This document shows positions 21,898-34,400 of a DNA stretch of 64,000 nucleotides, piece after piece (the first letter of the stretch is position 1; every line of letters begins with the position of its first letter). The translations under genes were made by a program, and so were the position numbers. The stretch lies in the IMG/VR virus record IMGVR_UViG_3300032038_000013. One strand, given 5' to 3'. Under the pieces are notes generated by a model. The model saw only the letters and a program-made list of their open reading frames with translations, did not search any database and was not told where the DNA came from. The DNA comes from an uncultured virus (IMG/VR IMGVR_UViG_3300032038_000013). Taxonomy: Duplodnaviria; Heunggongvirae; Uroviricota; Caudoviricetes.

Positions 21898-22729
21898 AGA
21901 ATATTATTTTGATATATGGACTCATTGGGTATGGAGCTATAATTATGTATATGAAGCACCTCTTGAACATTATCCATTAAAAGATGATACTGAAGATAGT
22001 CTTGATATGCTTGAGTCATATTGTAGATTAATTATAACTGAAGGTAAGCGTCGTAAAAAGAATAAGCTTGAAAATACTTACGAAAATTTTTCACCATCAA
22101 TTCAAGATGCAATACAACAAGTTATAAATCTTATGTGTGATGGACGTGAACTTCATGATGTTGTTGAAGTAAATGATTCAAATTTACCATTAAAGAAATT
22201 TGACCATCATCTCGATAAAAATGGTAAACTTCAATTTGAAAATGATCCATTTGATACTTGTAAACGTATTTTTGATGATATACCTGAAGTTAGAGAAATT
22301 GTAAAATCAGCTAAAGAAACTGCTAATTTTGAACAATTTTATGACGGTAAATGGTATTATTTTGAAGGATATGAATCAGGTTCAATGGCTATTAAATTCT
22401 CAAAAATTAACAAAAATGCAAAAGGTGAATATACATTTGACGGTGATGTTATATTCTATGAAACAGTAAATGGTCGTTGTGATGGAGATGGTATTATATT
22501 GAATGATGATGTAACTGATATATCTTTTGCTGAAATTCCATATTGTTATATTGAAGATTGGGATGATGAAGAAGATACAATTGAAAACCAATTAATTGAT
22601 TTTATTAAAATTCAACACAGATGGACTGATGGAAAAATTGATTATAGAAAGGTAATGACTGATGAAGAAATGCATGAAGATGTTATGGAAAACATGGAAG
22701 CACTATTAGAGCAGACATTTAATATATAA
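21887..22729 (+). CDS. Acidic hypothetical protein
   Basis: 280-aa ORF. Confidence 0.75.
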   Translation: MKNKEYYFDIWTHWVWSYNYVYEAPLEHYPLKDDTEDSLDMLESYCRLIITEGKRRKKNKLENTYENFSPSIQDAIQQVINLMCDGRELHDVVEVNDSNLPLKKFDHHLDKNGKLQFENDPFDTCKRIFDDIPEVREIVKSAKETANFEQFYDGKWYYFEGYESGSMAIKFSKINKNAKGEYTFDGDVIFYETVNGRCDGDGIILNDDVTDISFAEIPYCYIEDWDDEEDTIENQLIDFIKIQHRWTDGKIDYRKVMTDEEMHEDVMENMEALLEQTFNI

Positions 22730-22746
22730 ATTAATTAGATAAAAGA

Positions 22747-22920
22747 ATGATTACCCCAGGATTACTATCAGAATTATATGATAAAGCAAAAGTGAATTAT
22801 GAACTTGCTGAAAATGATTATTTAAGTACGGACGATGTTGATTACTTAAAGGAGATGTGTGTTCATTCAGGAGAAATGCTTGCATACGGAAAATTATTAG
22901 AAATGCTAATACAAGAATGA
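22747..22920 (+). CDS. Small protein (57 aa), paralog of 23147..23332
   Basis: Manually translated MITPGLLSELYDKAK...YLKEMCVHSGEM; absent from the ORF track. Confidence 0.75.
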   Translation: MITPGLLSELYDKAKVNYELAENDYLSTDDVDYLKEMCVHSGEMLAYGKLLEMLIQE

Positions 22921-23111
22921 AATATTTAATATCATATTGGAACGGTAAAGATATTGAAAATAGAATAGTACATAATGATAATGTACAAGATATCCAAGGA
23001 GCAATTCAAGACCATGAGAATCAATATGGATTAGAGTATTATCCAATAATAAATGTATGGGAACTTGGAGATAATTTCAACACAGAAATTTATGATGAAG
23101 GCGATTTATAA
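22917..23111 (+). CDS. Hypothetical protein
   Basis: Start MKYLISYW overlaps the previous TGA. Confidence 0.6.
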   Translation: MKYLISYWNGKDIENRIVHNDNVQDIQGAIQDHENQYGLEYYPIINVWELGDNFNTEIYDEGDL

Positions 23112-23146
23112 ATTTTGCTATTATTAATAAAATATAATTATGTAAT

Positions 23147-23332
23147 ATGATAACAAAAGAATTATTAACTAATATTTATAATAAAGCAAAGGATAATTAT
23201 GAATCTACAAAAAAGGAATATTCTGATACTAATGATATTAATTATCTTAAATCAATGTGTTCACATTCAGGTGAAATGATAATATGTAAAAGATTATTAA
23301 AAGTTTTAGAAAACGAAAAGTCTAATGAATAA
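23147..23332 (+). CDS. Small protein, paralog of 22747..22920
   Basis: MITKELL..IY.KAK.NYE...YLKSMCSHSGEM. Confidence 0.75.
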   Translation: MITKELLTNIYNKAKDNYESTKKEYSDTNDINYLKSMCSHSGEMIICKRLLKVLENEKSNE

Positions 23333-23660
23333 AAAGAAGATTTATATATCTTTGCCGATAGCATTTCAAGAAGATACTGTATATGAACGTAATAATGCAG
23401 CAAAGGAATATCTAAGTAAAAAGTACAAAAAATATGAATGGATATCTCCAATAGATGCAAATCATATTGATGATGAAGCATTAGGTAATCATCTTGCAAT
23501 TGAACGTACTGCATTTTATATGGGTAGAGATATTGAACAAGTTATATTATGTGATGCAATTCTGATGTGTCCAGGTTGGGAAAATTCAAAAGGCTGTAAG
23601 GTTGAAAAATTTACAGCCGAAACATACGGTAAAGAAGTACTGTATATGAAGGAGGCATGA
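23325..23660 (+). CDS. DUF4406 / nucleoside deoxyribosyltransferase-like protein
   Basis: KIYISLPI, CDAILMCPGWENSKGCKVE...A..YGK. Confidence 0.8.
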   Translation: MNKKKIYISLPIAFQEDTVYERNNAAKEYLSKKYKKYEWISPIDANHIDDEALGNHLAIERTAFYMGRDIEQVILCDAILMCPGWENSKGCKVEKFTAETYGKEVLYMKEA

Positions 23661-23674
23661 TTGCCTCCTTTTTT
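23649..23674 (+). terminator. Intrinsic terminator
   Basis: aaggaggca-tgat-tgcctcctt followed by a T run. Confidence 0.85.
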
Positions 23675-23837
23675 AATTGTTATTTTTAAATAAAGCAAAT
23701 ATATCTTTACCGTTTTATGAAATATATACAATGTTTTTTCTTCACCTAACCAAATTATAATGTAATACTTTAGGAATCATTTTAATGATTATTTTTAATA
23801 AAAATAACATCTATAAATATATACAATAAAGCAAATT

Positions 23838-24629
23838 ATGAAATATATACTTAACTTTAGAGGTAAAACAAAATCTCAAGTATCAAAATTATTATCTCTT
23901 GCAGGATTTCCTGTTATTATGGGAGGCGGACAATCAGGTCAAGCAATAAAAGTATTTATTGAAACAACAAAAGATTCTCTTGAATCATTTATTAAATCTG
24001 CTGAAGATATTCAAGAAGCTTTCGATATAACTTACATTCGTGATCCAAAAGCACCACCTGTACTTACTGAAACTTATTCTTTCATGGAAAATGCAACAGC
24101 AATATATTGCATATACAATGTAACTACTACTTCAGAAGATGTTAAATTACTTCATACTGCATATTCAGAAGATTGGTTTGAGTCAATGGAAATTGACGGT
24201 GTTGTTCAAGATAGCATTGCTACTACATATAGATTTGATACAATAGGTAATCATGCAGTAAAATATAATTTAGCTAGCTCACATAAGGGTGTATTTAATC
24301 CAAGTAATTGTATATTTACAAAATGTGAAGATTTGAAAATTATTGTATTTGGTGGTGGTCTTGAAATAGGTGGTGAATTATTATTTAATCTTAATTTAGA
24401 TTATGTAGTTTTCTATCAAATAAAAGTACCTGATATATGGGATTTAGGAGAAAAATTCTATCTTTATGTTCCTGATGAATCTCTTTATGATTATGCAGAA
24501 TCAACTACTTGGAAAGATAATATTAGTAGATTAAGTGGTATTAATGGTACTGTTATAGAAATTGATGAAGAAGGTGAAGAAGGTGGTGGCAGCTCAGCAG
24601 ACGGCGGCAGCTCAGCAGGCGGCGAATAA
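23838..24629 (+). CDS. Protein with a BspA/LRR-like C-terminal cap
   Basis: LYVPDESL.DY....TW motif typical of the end of Bacteroidales BspA-like proteins. Confidence 0.45.
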   Translation: MKYILNFRGKTKSQVSKLLSLAGFPVIMGGGQSGQAIKVFIETTKDSLESFIKSAEDIQEAFDITYIRDPKAPPVLTETYSFMENATAIYCIYNVTTTSEDVKLLHTAYSEDWFESMEIDGVVQDSIATTYRFDTIGNHAVKYNLASSHKGVFNPSNCIFTKCEDLKIIVFGGGLEIGGELLFNLNLDYVVFYQIKVPDIWDLGEKFYLYVPDESLYDYAESTTWKDNISRLSGINGTVIEIDEEGEEGGGSSADGGSSAGGE

Positions 24630-24755
24630 GCTGAATAAACGAAGGTAGTGAACCAATTGGAGATCCTGAAGAATAAAATAATTAAGGAGGAACGTATGTT
24701 CCTCTTTATTAATTTTAAATAATTTCATATAATATTTAAATTTTTATTTTCTTTA

Positions 24756-24772
24756 CTATATTATATTTGTAA
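24756..24772 (+). promoter_or_regulatory. Promoter motif CTATATTATATTTGTAA containing the Bacteroidota -7 element TAnnTTTG
   Basis: Also found at 39713 and 45429, each at the start of a transcription unit. Confidence 0.7.
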
Positions 24773-24788
24773 TTAAAATAAATGAACA

Positions 24789-26788
24789 ATGAAGATTAAA
24801 TTTACATTCTGGGAGATTTCATTCAAAGGTCAAGTTCTTAATCGCACTTTTACTTTCAAAGGTGCTAAGAAGTGGATGAAGAAGTGGATGGAGGAAAACC
24901 TGAATAAACATTACACAGTGTTTGACCCAGAAGCAGATAATTTTGTTAATTCTGATGAGGTTATTTACAATGGTTTTGACAAAGTTCAAATCAGAGAATG
25001 TATTGTCAATAATGAACGGAAAGATCCTGAAATGATTGTTAGTTATACATATTTCCATACTGAGGATTAATAATAAAGAATATGAATCTCGACGAAGAAA
25101 TGAAATTGTGGGAAGAACGAGCAAATGATGAGTTCGGTCAGATCCTAAAAAAGATTGCAAAGGCAACTAAAGATTATTTGTATTCATGGGAAGAAATGGG
25201 TATTGAATATAATGTTCTTTCTGAATACATTACTGGTTATGCTCTTGATGGTAATCGTAAGTATACAGCTAAAGCAATTTACAATGTTCTTTATAATTAC
25301 GATATTCTTGGTAATCATAAGAATATAAAGAAGCTTGTTGACCAATTAACAAAATTAGCAAATAATTAATATAATTTCATTATATAATAATTATAATTAT
25401 GAGCTTGCTTTGGAAAAAATATAGAATAACATTTGAATTGCCTACTAAAGACAATCAATGGTTCAGATATGCAACTGCTGAATTTGAGCAAAAACGAAAT
25501 TGGTATTGGTTAATATCTGAAAATATGTCTTTACATAGATGTGTGTTAAATCATATTAAGACATATTTTAAACTTAAAGTAGATCTTAATTATATGTATG
25601 AAGGAGAAAATCCTCATAGGTTAATTGATGACTCAAAGTTGGAAATTGTCAATAAGAAACTTAATACATTATGGGATATGGATTGGCAACCAACACTCCC
25701 AGGAAAAATTAGAAATATTGAGATAACATATTTGATTAGATAATTATGATAAAAATAAATAAGACATTTTCGGGTTCAGTAATTTGTTATGATGAGCAGA
25801 TGCTTTCATATTCAATTGGATATACTTGTGTTGTTGAAAGAAGTATATTTATTCGTAATATGAAAATGAAATCTTTACATTTTAAATCTATTATTGAAGG
25901 AACAATTAGAGAAGTTGTTGCTGAACATAAAATGAAGTATTTTGTAAAAGATGTTGAAGATGAGTTCAACAAAGAACGAGATAGATGGATTGATTTAGCA
26001 AAAACAAATAAAGCTGAAAGAGAAATAAGAGACAATATTATTGGTGTTTTAATTAATAGAGCAAAAGATTTTGGGTTTAATCTTATTATGTTTAATTGGA
26101 TGCCATCACAGACATGTCATACTCTTGAAGCAGCATTAAGTTAATTATGAAACTAACAGGTAAGGCTCGGGAACAAGCAAGGATAATTATAAAGCATATT
26201 GAATCACTTGGCGGCAAACTTCAAAAAGAATGCCCAGGTGGTTCAATATATTGTTCTCTTAATGCTATTCGTCAAGTACGAATATCTGACCATATTGCAT
26301 TAAAAGGAGATATTGACCGCATTGATATAATTATACAACAAGATAGAAATACTTTTAAATATGTTTGTATATATTATAGAAATATGGTCATATATGATAA
26401 TATTGGTAAAGTAAAACAATGGATTGAGAATCTTGAATTTGTTATTAATGTTGTATTGATGAACATGGCAACTTCAAGTATTGTCAATAAACGCAATTAT
26501 GAGCAGCAAATTGATACTCTTAAGAAAGAAATAACTCTTAAGGAAAACAAAGCAATTGAATATAAAAAGGAAATTGAAGATCTTAAGAAAATAAAAAAGA
26601 ATTATGATAATGTTGTTCATGAAGCAAATGTATCAAAACAAGTAAATAATAAACTTCGTGAGAAAGTAGATAATTTGACAAAGTATCATAATATGTGGCA
26701 AACTGCTTGTGCTGAAAATAGAAAATTACAAAAACAATTAAAACAGTATTATATTTATAGGAGTCATTTTAATGATGGAGAGGCTTAA
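24789..26788 (+). other. Operon of five hypothetical genes (24789, 25082, 25399, 25746, 26147)
   Basis: Co-oriented, closely spaced ORFs downstream of the promoter motif. Confidence 0.7.
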
Positions 26789-26931
26789 TTTGATTTAAAT
26801 TAATATTTGATAAAATATGTAATTTTTTAGAGTATATATTTAACAATTATTTATAAAAAACTATTTATTATTGTTTGGTAATGAAATTTACCGACTTAAA
26901 TATATTTATTAATTTTTTAAACATTTAAAAG

Positions 26932-28044
26932 ATGAAGAAATTTATTTTAACATTGGTCATCGCATTTATGATGATCTTTAGCGCGAATGCTCAGATCGCA
27001 ACTGAGAATGCAAAGTTGTTTGACAACACTTATGTAGGTGTAGAAGTTGGAGCAACTACTCCTCTTAATTTCAATTCAGTTTTTCCAGTTAATACAGTTG
27101 CTGGTATTAAGTTTGGTAAGGAGTTGACACCTGTATTTGGACTTGAGGCAGAAGGCTTTGCTGTATTTGGTGATAACGTATATCGTTATGGATTTAATGG
27201 TTCAATTCCTACAAATGGAGCATTTAATGTTCATAAGAATGGATCTGTGAATACTTTTGTTAAGGCTACAAACGTAGGAATTAATGGTGTAATTAATTGG
27301 ACAAACCTTTTATTTGGCTATCAAGGAACACCACGTTTCTTTGAAGTAAAGACTAATACTGGTTTGGGATGGTTACATTATTTTGGTGATTATACTCCAG
27401 CTTTTCCAGTAGGCGGTTATGTAGTTGCTGGTAAGCAAAATGTATTGACAGCTAAGACTGCTGTTGATTTGGCTTTCAACCTTGGTAATAAGAAAGCACA
27501 TACAATTACTGTATCTCCAGGTATTTATTGGGGTCTTAATGAAGTTGGTAATATCAAGTTCAACAAGAATTATGCACAATTTGGTATAATGGTTGGATAT
27601 ACATATCACTTCAAGACAAGCAATGGAACACATGCATTTAAGACTTATGATGTAGGTGCAATGATTGGAGAAATTGACCGTTTGAACTCTGAACTTGCTA
27701 AGAAGCCAGCTGAGGTTGAAGTTATCAAGTATGTTGACCGTCCAGTAACAAATGCTGTTGCTAATGTAACTGATGCATATGTATTCTTTGCATTTGATAA
27801 TGCAGAACTTGATGATCGTGCAAAGGCAGAACTTGACAAGCTTGGTCAAAATGGTGTTTATGATATTGTAGCATTTGCTTCTAATGAAGGTACTGCTGAT
27901 TATAACAAAGCTCTTTCACAACGTCGTGCTGATGCTGTAAAGGCATATCTTGAAGGACGTGGATGTAAGATTAATTCTGCAGTAGGTAAGGGTGTTGCAT
28001 TTGGTATTACAACTGGTCGTATTGCTGTAGTAACATCTAAGTAA
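26932..28044 (+). CDS. ompA: Bacteroidales-type OmpA-family outer membrane protein
   Basis: Signal peptide ...SANA-Q; beta-barrel strands; C-terminal FAFD...AS.EG..DYNKALSQRRADAVK. Confidence 0.9.
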   Translation: MKKFILTLVIAFMMIFSANAQIATENAKLFDNTYVGVEVGATTPLNFNSVFPVNTVAGIKFGKELTPVFGLEAEGFAVFGDNVYRYGFNGSIPTNGAFNVHKNGSVNTFVKATNVGINGVINWTNLLFGYQGTPRFFEVKTNTGLGWLHYFGDYTPAFPVGGYVVAGKQNVLTAKTAVDLAFNLGNKKAHTITVSPGIYWGLNEVGNIKFNKNYAQFGIMVGYTYHFKTSNGTHAFKTYDVGAMIGEIDRLNSELAKKPAEVEVIKYVDRPVTNAVANVTDAYVFFAFDNAELDDRAKAELDKLGQNGVYDIVAFASNEGTADYNKALSQRRADAVKAYLEGRGCKINSAVGKGVAFGITTGRIAVVTSK

Positions 28045-28095
28045 GCAAGAATAACTTATTGAAGCCGGCATACTGAGAAATCAGTCACTGCGACA

Positions 28096-28142
28096 GTCGG
28101 GCATATATTTTTACTTCGGTAGAGATATATGTCCGATTTTTT
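28096..28142 (+). terminator. Terminator hairpin after ompA
   Basis: tcgggcatatat...atatatgtccga followed by a T run. Confidence 0.75.
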
Positions 28143-28291
28143 ATGTCTTATAAATATATCAAGTTTAATTATGACAGACGAAGAAATTAAAAGACACGAA
28201 GAATGGTATCGTTATTATTTTGGTTATTCACATTTAACACCTGAAAGAAGATGTAAACGTGGAGCATTAACAATAGAATCAAAATATTAAT

Positions 28292-28414
28292 ATGACATTA
28301 GATGAAGCTATTGAACATTGTCAAGAAAAAATTGATAATACACAATGTGGATTAGAACACCGTCAATTAAGGGATTGGCTTTTGGAACTTAAATCTTATA
28401 AAAGATTAACTTAA
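28292..28414 (+). CDS. Small phage protein (MTLDEAIEHC...C..EH.QL..WL.ELK type)
   Basis: Manually translated 40-aa ORF. Confidence 0.6.
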   Translation: MTLDEAIEHCQEKIDNTQCGLEHRQLRDWLLELKSYKRLT

Positions 28415-28417
28415 ATT

Positions 28418-28441
28418 AGGAGCAAATTGTTTGCTCCTTTT
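28418..28441 (+). terminator. Intrinsic terminator
   Basis: aggagcaaattgtttgctcct followed by ttt. Confidence 0.7.
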
Positions 28442-28472
28442 ATTTTTATATATAATATATGTTTGTATTTGA

Positions 28473-31400
28473 ATGGCTGATAAAACATTAATGTCAAGTA
28501 TAGCAGAAAATGTTAGCAAAATTGAAAAATCACACAGTAAATTTGGAACTAAACTCCCAGGTAATGCTAATAAAGAAAAAGAAATGACTCTTAAAGAATT
28601 ATCATATGAACAAATGATAATGGGTACTCTTGCATCTTTAACTTGGGGTGTTAAGAATATTGACAAAGATACACAAATCAAGACTTTATTAGGTAAACAA
28701 AATATATTTGGATTAATAAAAGATATTAATTCAAAACTTGAAAGTGAAAAAACAATATTTACTGAATTAAAGAAATATTCAAAAGCAAACGCAACAATAT
28801 TACAATATTTTTATGATAATTTACCAAAGACAATTACAGATAGTGCTGCTGCTATTATTGATGCAATTGGTAAATCTAAAAAGAATAAAGAATCATTAAA
28901 AGACAGTACAACAAAGATTTTAATTGATTTGAAAGCAGCAGATACAATTGAACAAATTCTTAAAGACTTTGATGCATTAGAAGGTGTCGTTATTTTTGAT
29001 AACGACAATGTTAATCGTGTACAAGATTTGCTTGATAGATTAGATAAATTAAGTAAAGAAAATATTTATCTTGTTATTGATACAAACTTATATGATACTG
29101 TAAAGGAACTTAAAGAATTAAAAATTGATATATATGATCCTAAGTGTTTAGATTCTATTAAGGCTGAAATTGATAGTTTAAATAATCAAAAGATAGAAAT
29201 ATTTGATACTGATAATATTGATAAAGCCCGTAATTTATTTGAACAACTTAAAAAAATTAAATTTGAAGAAGGTGCTGAAAATGCATTAACTGGTCTTAGA
29301 AGTTTTTTATCTGCAATTGAAGAAAGTAAAGGATTAGAAAATGTTTCTAAAGATTCAGATACATTAAAGAAACTTACTGAATTTTTTGAAGGTGGTGGTA
29401 AAGAAAAAGGATCTATTACTGAATTAATTAATGCTATTGATAATATACAAGTTAAATTAGATAACGAAAAATTTGATGCATTAAGTAAAGCATTTTCAAT
29501 AGTTGAAATTGCATCTAAATTAATGGAAGGTCATGATGTTAAAATTAATAAAAGATTTTTCAAAGATTTAAATAGTGTATTAACTGAAGAAAGTTATATT
29601 AAAGGATTAATTAATCACTTAAATGATTTAGCTATTGATGTTAAAAAGAATGTTAGAGATAACATACAAACTGTTGATGATTTTATAACAACAGTTTCAA
29701 ATTTAGGTAATCTTGGTTTTATTAAATTAATTAAAGCTAAAATTGCAATTAAAGCTATTAATGCATTTTTAGTTAAAGATATTAAGTCATTAATTGATAA
29801 TGTTTCAGAATATAAAACAGTTAAAGAAGATACTGACAAAACATTTGAAGCATTAGATCATTTATTTGACTCAATTGTTAAATTAGGAGATATTACAATT
29901 TCAGATAAAAGAAAAATGGCAAAGAATATTATATTCATTGATAAATTTTTATCTGAAGATATAAAGAACATAATAGAAAAATCAATTCCTAGTTTAGATA
30001 AGAATCAAAAGGAAGGTTTTGAAGTACTTGAAAAAACAAAGGGTATAATAGATTCATTAATTGATATTGCTGACATTGACCAAACAAAAATGGAATGGGC
30101 AGCAGATAAAATGGAAAGTGTTAAAGATTTTATTACTAATGATGTTAATGAATTACTTGAGTTTATTGTTGAAAATTTAGGTCCTAAAAAAGAACTTAAA
30201 AAAATTATTGAAGTAACTGATTTAACAAGAGAAATCTTTGAAAACATTGAAGATATGAATGATTCAATACCAAGTGTTATGTCTTTATTAAAATCAAATA
30301 CTAAGGTTGTATTATTAGCAACTGAATTTGCATTTATTGAAGAATCATTCAAGACATTATCAAAGATTTCAAAAATATTAACAAACAAAGATAAACAATT
30401 TTTATCGAAAAGATTTGATGGCACATTAGATTCAATTATTGAAATTAATGGAGTATTAGCTTCTATTAATACAAAGCAAGGTATTAAAGATATACTTGCC
30501 TTAGATAGTGAACTTGCTTACATGTATTGGTGCATGGACTTTATGAAAGAAATTGCTGAGTCATATACAAAAGTTTTAAAGTTCAATGAATTTAAGAAGA
30601 CAATACAAAACATTAAATCAGTTATTGATAGCATAGAAATATCGAAAGAAGATTATAAGAAACTTGGAGCTTTAACAGCATTATTGAATACTATGTATAC
30701 ATTAGGTCAATATGCAAGTGATAAGACAACATTCGATATGGAAAAATTTGATGAAGCAACTGAAGCTATTCTTACAGGTGCTATACCATTTATTTCTGAA
30801 TTTGTTAAAGACAGTGAATTAGATAAGAACTTACAAAACTTAATGTCAGTTAATGACAAGATGTTAGATAAGTTCGACCAAATCATAAAGCTTATTGAAA
30901 AGTTTGATAAATTAAGTAAGATAGCTGTTTTATCAAAGATAAGCAATATTGGGTTAAAAGGAATAGTACAAGAAGCAGAATATATTAAAGTAATTATTGG
31001 TAAGTTTGGTGATATTGATAACAAAGAAATCAAAAAAGCAGAAAAATCATTAAACTTATTCAAAAAACTTGTTATTATGAGTGCTGCCATTTTATTAGCA
31101 GGTGCTTTAATAATGAAGTTTATAAAGATACAAGATTTACTTGCATTTACTGGAACTTTAGCTATATTCTTATTTGCAGTAACTGGAGTATTTAGATTAG
31201 TTGCAAAATCACTTAAACCTGCAATGGAAGGCGCAAGAGGAGCAGTATTATTAATAGCTGCTTCTGCACTTGTTATGCTTGCTGGTAGTCTTATAATGAA
31301 TTATGTTGATTTTGGTAATTTGTTGTTATTTACAACATCATTATCAATATTCTTATTTGCAATTACAGGTATATTCAGATTATTCAGCAAAGGATTTGAA

Positions 31401-34400
31401 CAAGCATTAGATGGTGCAAAAGATGCAATGTTGATTGTTGCAGCATCAGCATTAATAATGTTAGTTGGCTCAAGATTAGTTAAGCCTGAAGATTTCTTAG
31501 CATCATTATTATTTGCGGTTGAACTTGGTGTATTCTTAGCAGCAATTGGTTTAGCATTCAAACTTTGGGAAGCATTCGATTCTAAAGCAATAATGGCATC
31601 TGCTGAAGATGTATGCTTGATTATTGGAGTATCTGCTCTTGCTTTAATACTTGGTGGATTAGTAACAAAATATGTAGGTATTGCGGACTTATTGTTATTT
31701 ACAATTGAACTTACATTATTGATAGCAGGCACTATTGGAATATTCATGGCTGCATCAAAGTTTACACCAGGTGCTTTAGAAAGTGCAAGAGATATTGCAA
31801 TATTAATTGGTGTTTCAGGATTAGTATTGATATTAGCAGGGCTTCTTGCTAATCATATTAAGTTTGACTGGCTTGCATTATTTGTATTAGAATTAGCAGT
31901 ATTAATTGGTGGTGTTCTTGCATTATATGCAGTTGTTAGTATGATCCCAGTACAAAAGTATTTACAAATGGGTTGGGAATTATCATTACTTGTTGCAGCA
32001 TCAGGATTAATATTGATATTAGCAGGTCTTGTTGTTAAATATATAGACCTTGGTAGTTTATTCTTATTTACACTTATATTAGGTGCATTTATTGGAGGCA
32101 TATTACTTATATATTCAATTGCAAGTAAAGGATTTAAGAATGCATTCAAAGGTGCAAAAGAAATGGTTATCTTAATTGCAGCTTCAGCATTAATATTAAT
32201 ACTTGGTGCATTAGCAGTTCAAAAGTGGATTGATATTCCATCATTAATCGTATTTACTTTATTATTAGCAGGATTTATATTTGCAATAACATATACTTAT
32301 GGTGTATTTGGTAAACAGATTAAGAAGTCAATTGTACCAGCTATAGCATTAGCATTATTGACTGCTATTTCAGGTTTAGTATTAATCATGGGCGGTAAGT
32401 ATATATTAGATAATCCAGGATTATTAGGAGCTGTTATTGAATTTGCTGGTATACTTATTGTTTATACTGCTCTTATGGGTGGTGTATGTTTCTTACTTGG
32501 AAAATTCATGGCAAAGATTGTCATGGGTATTGTAGCTATGGGATTATTACTTATTGTTACATCATTTGCAACATCAGTAATTGACAAGATAACTACTGTT
32601 GCATCACAAGAAGGATTCTTAAAGAATATATTAAAAGGTATTATTGCGATTGCTGGAGTAATAACTGCTATAGGTGGTATTGCATTTGCAGCTGGTGCAT
32701 TAGTTATGGGTCCACAAGCATTATTATTCTTTGCAGGTGTTGGAGTCATGGCTACAATTGCAGGTCTTGCTTTATTGGCATCACAAGCAGTAAAGAATAT
32801 TGCAGATGCAATGATTCATATGAAAGAGGTTGAGAAATTCGACCCAAGTATAATGATAGATAATATCAAAGGATTTATTACTATAGCTAAAGAAATGGAA
32901 CCTATTGCAGAATCATTCTCAATGATTATGAAAGCATCAATTGCAATTCAAATGATGAGTTCTGCATTAAGTTCAGTAGCAAAGACTTTGAAAGACTGGG
33001 CGGATTTGAAGATCCCAGTATATAAAGGAACAGAAATTGTTGGATATGAAACAATAACAGGTGATATGTTCCCTAAAGCAGCAGAAAATATTAAAGCTGT
33101 TGTAACAACATTAGGTCAAGCAATTATAGATGTATATAATGAAAAGCCTGAAATGTTTGATGGTCCTTTATTTGGTTTACTTGATACTCCATTTATCAAA
33201 GTAACAAAAGGATTAAAGACAATGGGTCCTATGCTTACATCTGTTGCTACTGCTATTAAGGATTGGGCTGAATTAAAAATACCAGTATATAAAGGAACAG
33301 AAGTTGTTGGTTATGAAACAATAACTGGTGATATGTTCCCTAAAGCTGCTGATAATATAAAGCAAGTTGTTACAACATTAGGACAAGCAATTATTGATAT
33401 ATATAATGAAAAGCCTGAAATGTTTGATGGTCCTTTATTTGGTTTACTTGATACTCCATTTGTAAAGGTTACTAAAGCATTAAAGACAATGGGTCCTATG
33501 TTAGCATCAATTGCAAAAGGTGTTAAAGAATGGGCAGACTTCAAGATTCCTGTTTATGAAGGAACAGAAATTGTTGGTTATGATACAATAACAGCAGGTA
33601 CTATGACAACTGCAGCTAAGAATATCAAATCTGTTATAAAGACTTTAGGTGAAGCAATTATTGAAACATATGATGAATGTGAAAAGAATGAAAAGACACA
33701 AGGTATGTTTGACCCTCAAGGTTTCTTAGGATTTGGTAAATCTAAATTTGCAAGAGTAACTCAAGCATTTAAGACAATGGGTCCTATGCTTAGTTCAATT
33801 GCTGATGGAATTATAAAATGGGCAGAACTTAAAATACCAGTTTATAAAGGAACTGAAATTGTAGAATATAAAACAATTAAAGATGCAGAATTTGACCATG
33901 CTGCACAAAATATTAAAAAGGTACTTAAATGTATTGGTGAAGCATTAGTTGAAGTTGTAGAAAAGAATCCAAAATTATTTGGAGATGATATATTTACAGA
34001 TGGCCCAGCTATTGTTGCTGCAAAGGCAATGAAGTTAATGGGTGAAACATTGAATTTAACTGCAACTGCGGTTTCTTCATATGCATCAGGTGTATTTCCA
34101 TTATTTGACAAAGATGGCAAATATGTTAAAGATATAGTTGTTAAAGATGCAGATTATGATAAAGCAGCAACAGCAATTAATAAAGTATTAGTATGTATTG
34201 GTAATGCTCTTAAAGATGTTGTTGAAAATAATGATATATTTAATGATGGATTATTTAGTGATGCTCCAGCAATTAAAGCAGCAGAAGCTATTAAGGGAAT
34301 GTCTGAAGCATTAAATAATTCTGTTACTGCAATATCTAAACTTGCTGAACTTGATTTGAATGAACTTCATACAGCATTAGATCCTAATGGTCCAGAAGAT

